Shown here: positions 60,490 through 64,000 of the stretch, in pieces
Numbering within the stretch: position 1 is the first letter of the stretch
Layout: the number at the start of each line of letters is the position of its first letter
DNA from: Selaginella moellendorffii
Taxonomy: Eukaryota; Plantae; Lycopodiophyta
DNA: 64,000 bases
Direction of reading: 5' to 3'
NCBI RefSeq assembly: GCF_000143415.4
Contig: NW_003314282.1
Span: 407,700-471,699 of the forward strand
Made by a program: the position numbers and the translations under genes
The notes under the pieces: model-generated
Told to the model about the DNA's origin: nothing
Database searches by the model: none
The model's input: the letters and a program-made list of their open reading frames with translations, nothing else

Positions 60490-63400
60490 CCTCCACATCT
60501 TAAAAATCACCTCAGGATGGCCACTCTATACCATTCACTTCACAACACTATAGAGCCCATCAGTCTCAAAGAGGTTGGTGTAAAAGTAATTGGTGCAAGA
60601 GTCTATTTATATAGAATTGGAAATGATTGTGACTGAAACTTGTATGTTGCTCTTTATGCAGTCTACAGTTGGGGCATTATACTGAGCATTTACTTGTCTA
60701 AAATTCAGGTGAATTGCTAAGAATAATAGCACAAAATAATGCTTATGGTGAGAGAGTAAAGGTACATCAAATTGGAGCTAGCTAGTAGTTTGACTGCAGA
60801 ACTATTGAGCCATGAGCAAGATTTATTGTTGATTCCCTAGATTTGGAAATAACTTAGTGCAAGCAATAATAAAAATTTGGTGGGTGTATTAAGACTTAAT
60901 AGTAATTGATCAATTTGTAATTAGAAGAGAAGTTGATATTAATGAATCCAGATGAGTATTCATCACACATTAAGATAAGCCATATATTTTTTTAATGATC
61001 ATATGCAGTGGCTTTGAATTAAATTTTATAATGAACTCTCTAAATAACCATTTAGCAATAACAAGATAATTGCCTTCTAGTAACCGTGTGTATAGTCTAA
61101 CTCTACTATTTCTTATAAAAATCAAGTATAATTATAATTTATAAGTAAAAAATTAATCTTATTGCATAGAAACCATTATATGTTAGAATATTATAAATTA
61201 AAAATATAATATTAATCTAAATAAATATCTATAGTTAGATGGTAGAATATCCTAGAATATCCAAGCATCTTCTAGGTATATTTGCTCCTCTATAGATTTG
61301 CTTATGGCATTTATAATAATACTAGAAACCCTAGTTAACAACACAATATCAAGGTTAAAATATTTTTAGCTGGACTTTTAAACAAAGAAGTGACGACATT
61401 CCCTGGTGGACATGTCCACAAGAACAATGTTTGCGTCACGATGTCACCGTGCTGCTACAAAACAGGTTTCATGCTTCTTGATCATGGATTCTAGAGCAGC
61501 ATAGCTATGCTTCGCCACCTTACTTATCAATTCATTCCAGTGTCTTTTATGCGCCTCAACCATGAATTTTAAGCAGAATCCTTAAACACCACGATGGAGC
61601 GCATTTGCCCGACACGAATTGCCAGTTCTATTGAATTGCAGTTTAGGGCTGATATGGGTGGTCTCATGACCTTTTCTAATAGCCGTCGGATGAGATACAG
61701 TCGAGGATATATTTGGCGAAGGACAATCTAAGTTACCCTATGGAGCAGGGATTGTTGAGCCCAAATGGTGAGTATGATCTTGCTGATATCTACGAGAGTT
61801 GGAACCTCAGTGGGCACTGGATTATACGGCGCCAGTTCTTGATAAATCTTGTTTGTCATTGCTTCACTATATATGGGTTCTATATGGGTGCCATATTTTG
61901 GCCCCCTGAGTTCCCCGAAGGAAGCGGAGCTTCTGCTTTGGTTCCTGTCTTCGTATCATGTAAGTGTTTCACTTTTTTCTCTCTCGAGACTGACAAGTGC
62001 GTCCATGCAGTATTTTTCTATGCCCTTTTGGGTCGAAAGAAAAGTAATGCATATGGTCTTCTTGTTGGAGGCACCAGCGGTTTTCTCAGTGGTGTGTGTT
62101 CCATAATGAGCACAAATCAATGGGTGATGCTTCCGCTGCTGGCGATATCATGCTGTGGACTTCTCACTCCGGTAATGCAACTTCCTGACAAATGGTATGA
62201 CGGGCCCGGATTGTTCAAGTTCATAGTGGTGTACATGACGATGATTACGAGTTGCATGGCTGCCTGTATTTTGGGCACCGTTGCTCCACCGCTGGGATGG
62301 CATAGACAAGCCCTTTTACTTGTGGGATCGATCGCTGCAATTGTCCACGGGATGTTGATTCATTTCTACATGTTGCAGTCTCCACTAGAAATGCTATATG
62401 GTCGCTGCGATAGATTGGGAGAAATGGATATGGATGAGCGGCTTGCTGTGCGCCAAGAGAAGACCATTGAAGCTTTGAGGGAGTTTGCCAAGGCTACAGG
62501 GAATACTTTACCAAAAAATCTGAAGAGCCTCATAAAACCTCAGAGTTGTCATATCTGAGCATTTCCTCTGAATTGTCTAGCCTCATAAAAAGACAGTTTT
62601 CTAGAGATTTAAATGTCTTGAACTAATAAATTTATAGTTTCGTAAACTTTCCCACTCTTAGAAAGCTAGGCTGTGTAAACAAAAGTCCTAAATTGACAAC
62701 AGAATTGAATAACCACATGCTCCAAGCAAGCCTTCGTGAAGGCAACTGCTTCCACGGCAACGGATACGAGCATTCTTCTCATTCCCAGCATTGGCCCAGC
62801 AAGTTCACGTCACAAACGTTTTAGAAAACGAAAAGATTGCGGCGGCGACTGATCATCCAGAGGGTCAATTCTCCCGGTGAAGAATACCCCTTGAAATCGT
62901 AAAAAGAAAAAATAAACAAGATCGCGCTAACGGACTTTCAGCTTTCTGAATGACGTATGATAACGCAGCTTTCCGACTCATAGAGCTCCAGATGTGCGTG
63001 GACAATTTCATCGAGCCGTGCAGTCAGCATGTCTGAGTAGCACAGACATGCAGCGCAGATCAGCTTGGCCAGGCGGCTCGTCCTGTAATCCCCGACAGTT
63101 AGTCGACGTGGCTGAGCCCTCGAATAGTTTGCCTGCTCCTAAATGTTTCCTGTTTCCATTTCTTCCAGTGCCACTAGACTGGAATCGCAATCGAATAAAC
63201 GTCCCACTCTAAGATCTTCCACGAGTAACTCTTGGTTTTACTTCCTCCTCTCGAGAGCTATTGCAACTCCTCGTGGTTCTAAGCGTGACGAGGGACTTTT
63301 TCGTGGCACAAGTTAACGTCACAGGTTCCATGCGCTCTCGAGAAGACAGGTCCGAAGAAGGCTGACTTTGGGAGGTTGTTCGTCTTCTCTCCACCACCTG

Positions 63401-63550
63401 AGAGGCTTGCTTCTGCTGTTGAGCATCGGAAAAGTAAAAGCTTGACTTTGTGATTGCCGCAAATGTCGTAGGAGTTGCTGGAGGTTATCCGAGAATTTCT
63501 CGTCCGGCTGTTGCTGTCCTCTTCACCAAACCTTCTCTTGGTGTCCTCAC
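60490..63550. repeat. Inverted segmental duplicate of ~29165-32910
   Basis: Reverse-complement collinearity of the GH17 fragment, AT-rich spacer, membrane gene and downstream block. Confidence 0.85.
61740..62558 (+). CDS. Multi-pass membrane protein of unknown family, copy 3
   Basis: Intact ORF, close paralog of copies 1 and 2. Confidence 0.75.
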   Translation: MEQGLLSPNGEYDLADIYESWNLSGHWIIRRQFLINLVCHCFTIYGFYMGAIFWPPEFPEGSGASALVPVFVSCKCFTFFSLETDKCVHAVFFYALLGRKKSNAYGLLVGGTSGFLSGVCSIMSTNQWVMLPLLAISCCGLLTPVMQLPDKWYDGPGLFKFIVVYMTMITSCMAACILGTVAPPLGWHRQALLLVGSIAAIVHGMLIHFYMLQSPLEMLYGRCDRLGEMDMDERLAVRQEKTIEALREFAKATGNTLPKNLKSLIKPQSCHI

Positions 63551-64000
63551 CGCTAAGACTTGAAGGCTCTTCTTCTTCTTCTTCTACTACGAGTTGGCTG
63601 TTCCGGCTTTTCCAGCTTTTCCATCTTCTCAGGCCCCTTCTTTTTAGCTTCTGTGCGGCAATCTGTCTGCTTCGCCTCCCGCCTTTTCAACCTTGTCCAG
63701 CTGTGGGACCTCCTCTTCAATGGCATCTTCACTTTCAGTTATCAGCTTTATTTCTTCTTTCCGTTTCTTCTTCTTTTCCCGTTCCATCTGCTTTTTCCAT
63801 GTACGACTGCTGCCTCTGCTCTAGTTCATCTGGATCCTGAGATAAACTCGTCCAACCGTGTAGCTTCCTCCGGTTATATAGATCCATCTTTTTTGTATGG
63901 CTGCCAGAAGAACTTCATGTTTCCATCTGTCTGGAACGATTTCTCATGAGACTTCAGCACGTTCTCCTGGTCAATCCATCCGTGAGACGAAGGGTCAGGA

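Overview
Plant genomic DNA. The very short GT-AG introns (47-63 nt) and the gene/TE content suggest a compact lycophyte-type genome such as Selaginella (inference). A 20.2-kb triple nest of Ty3/gypsy LTR retrotransposons dominates the window, each with LTR pairs and target-site duplications. Element A (6177-26365, +) has 174-bp LTRs, a 4-bp TSD and a -1 frameshift gag/pol. It contains chromovirus B (10184-25356, -), which contains a non-coding, non-autonomous element C (14661-22294, +) sharing B's cis-elements. The main finding is that B's integrase is interrupted by two canonical-looking short spliceosomal introns (47 and 52 nt); removing them exactly restores the HPQTDGQTER and RFAGPY motifs. 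B and C also share a covarying structured-RNA module with tRNA T-arm-like hairpins. The host sequence is a shuffled segmental duplication with three intact copies of an unrecognised multi-pass membrane protein gene. It also holds three adjacent genes, each lacking a key functional residue: GH17-X8 glucanase (E->Q), ACP-like protein (DSL->DEL) and BCS1-like AAA (degenerate Walker A/B). The rest is decayed TE, PPR and LRR remnants.
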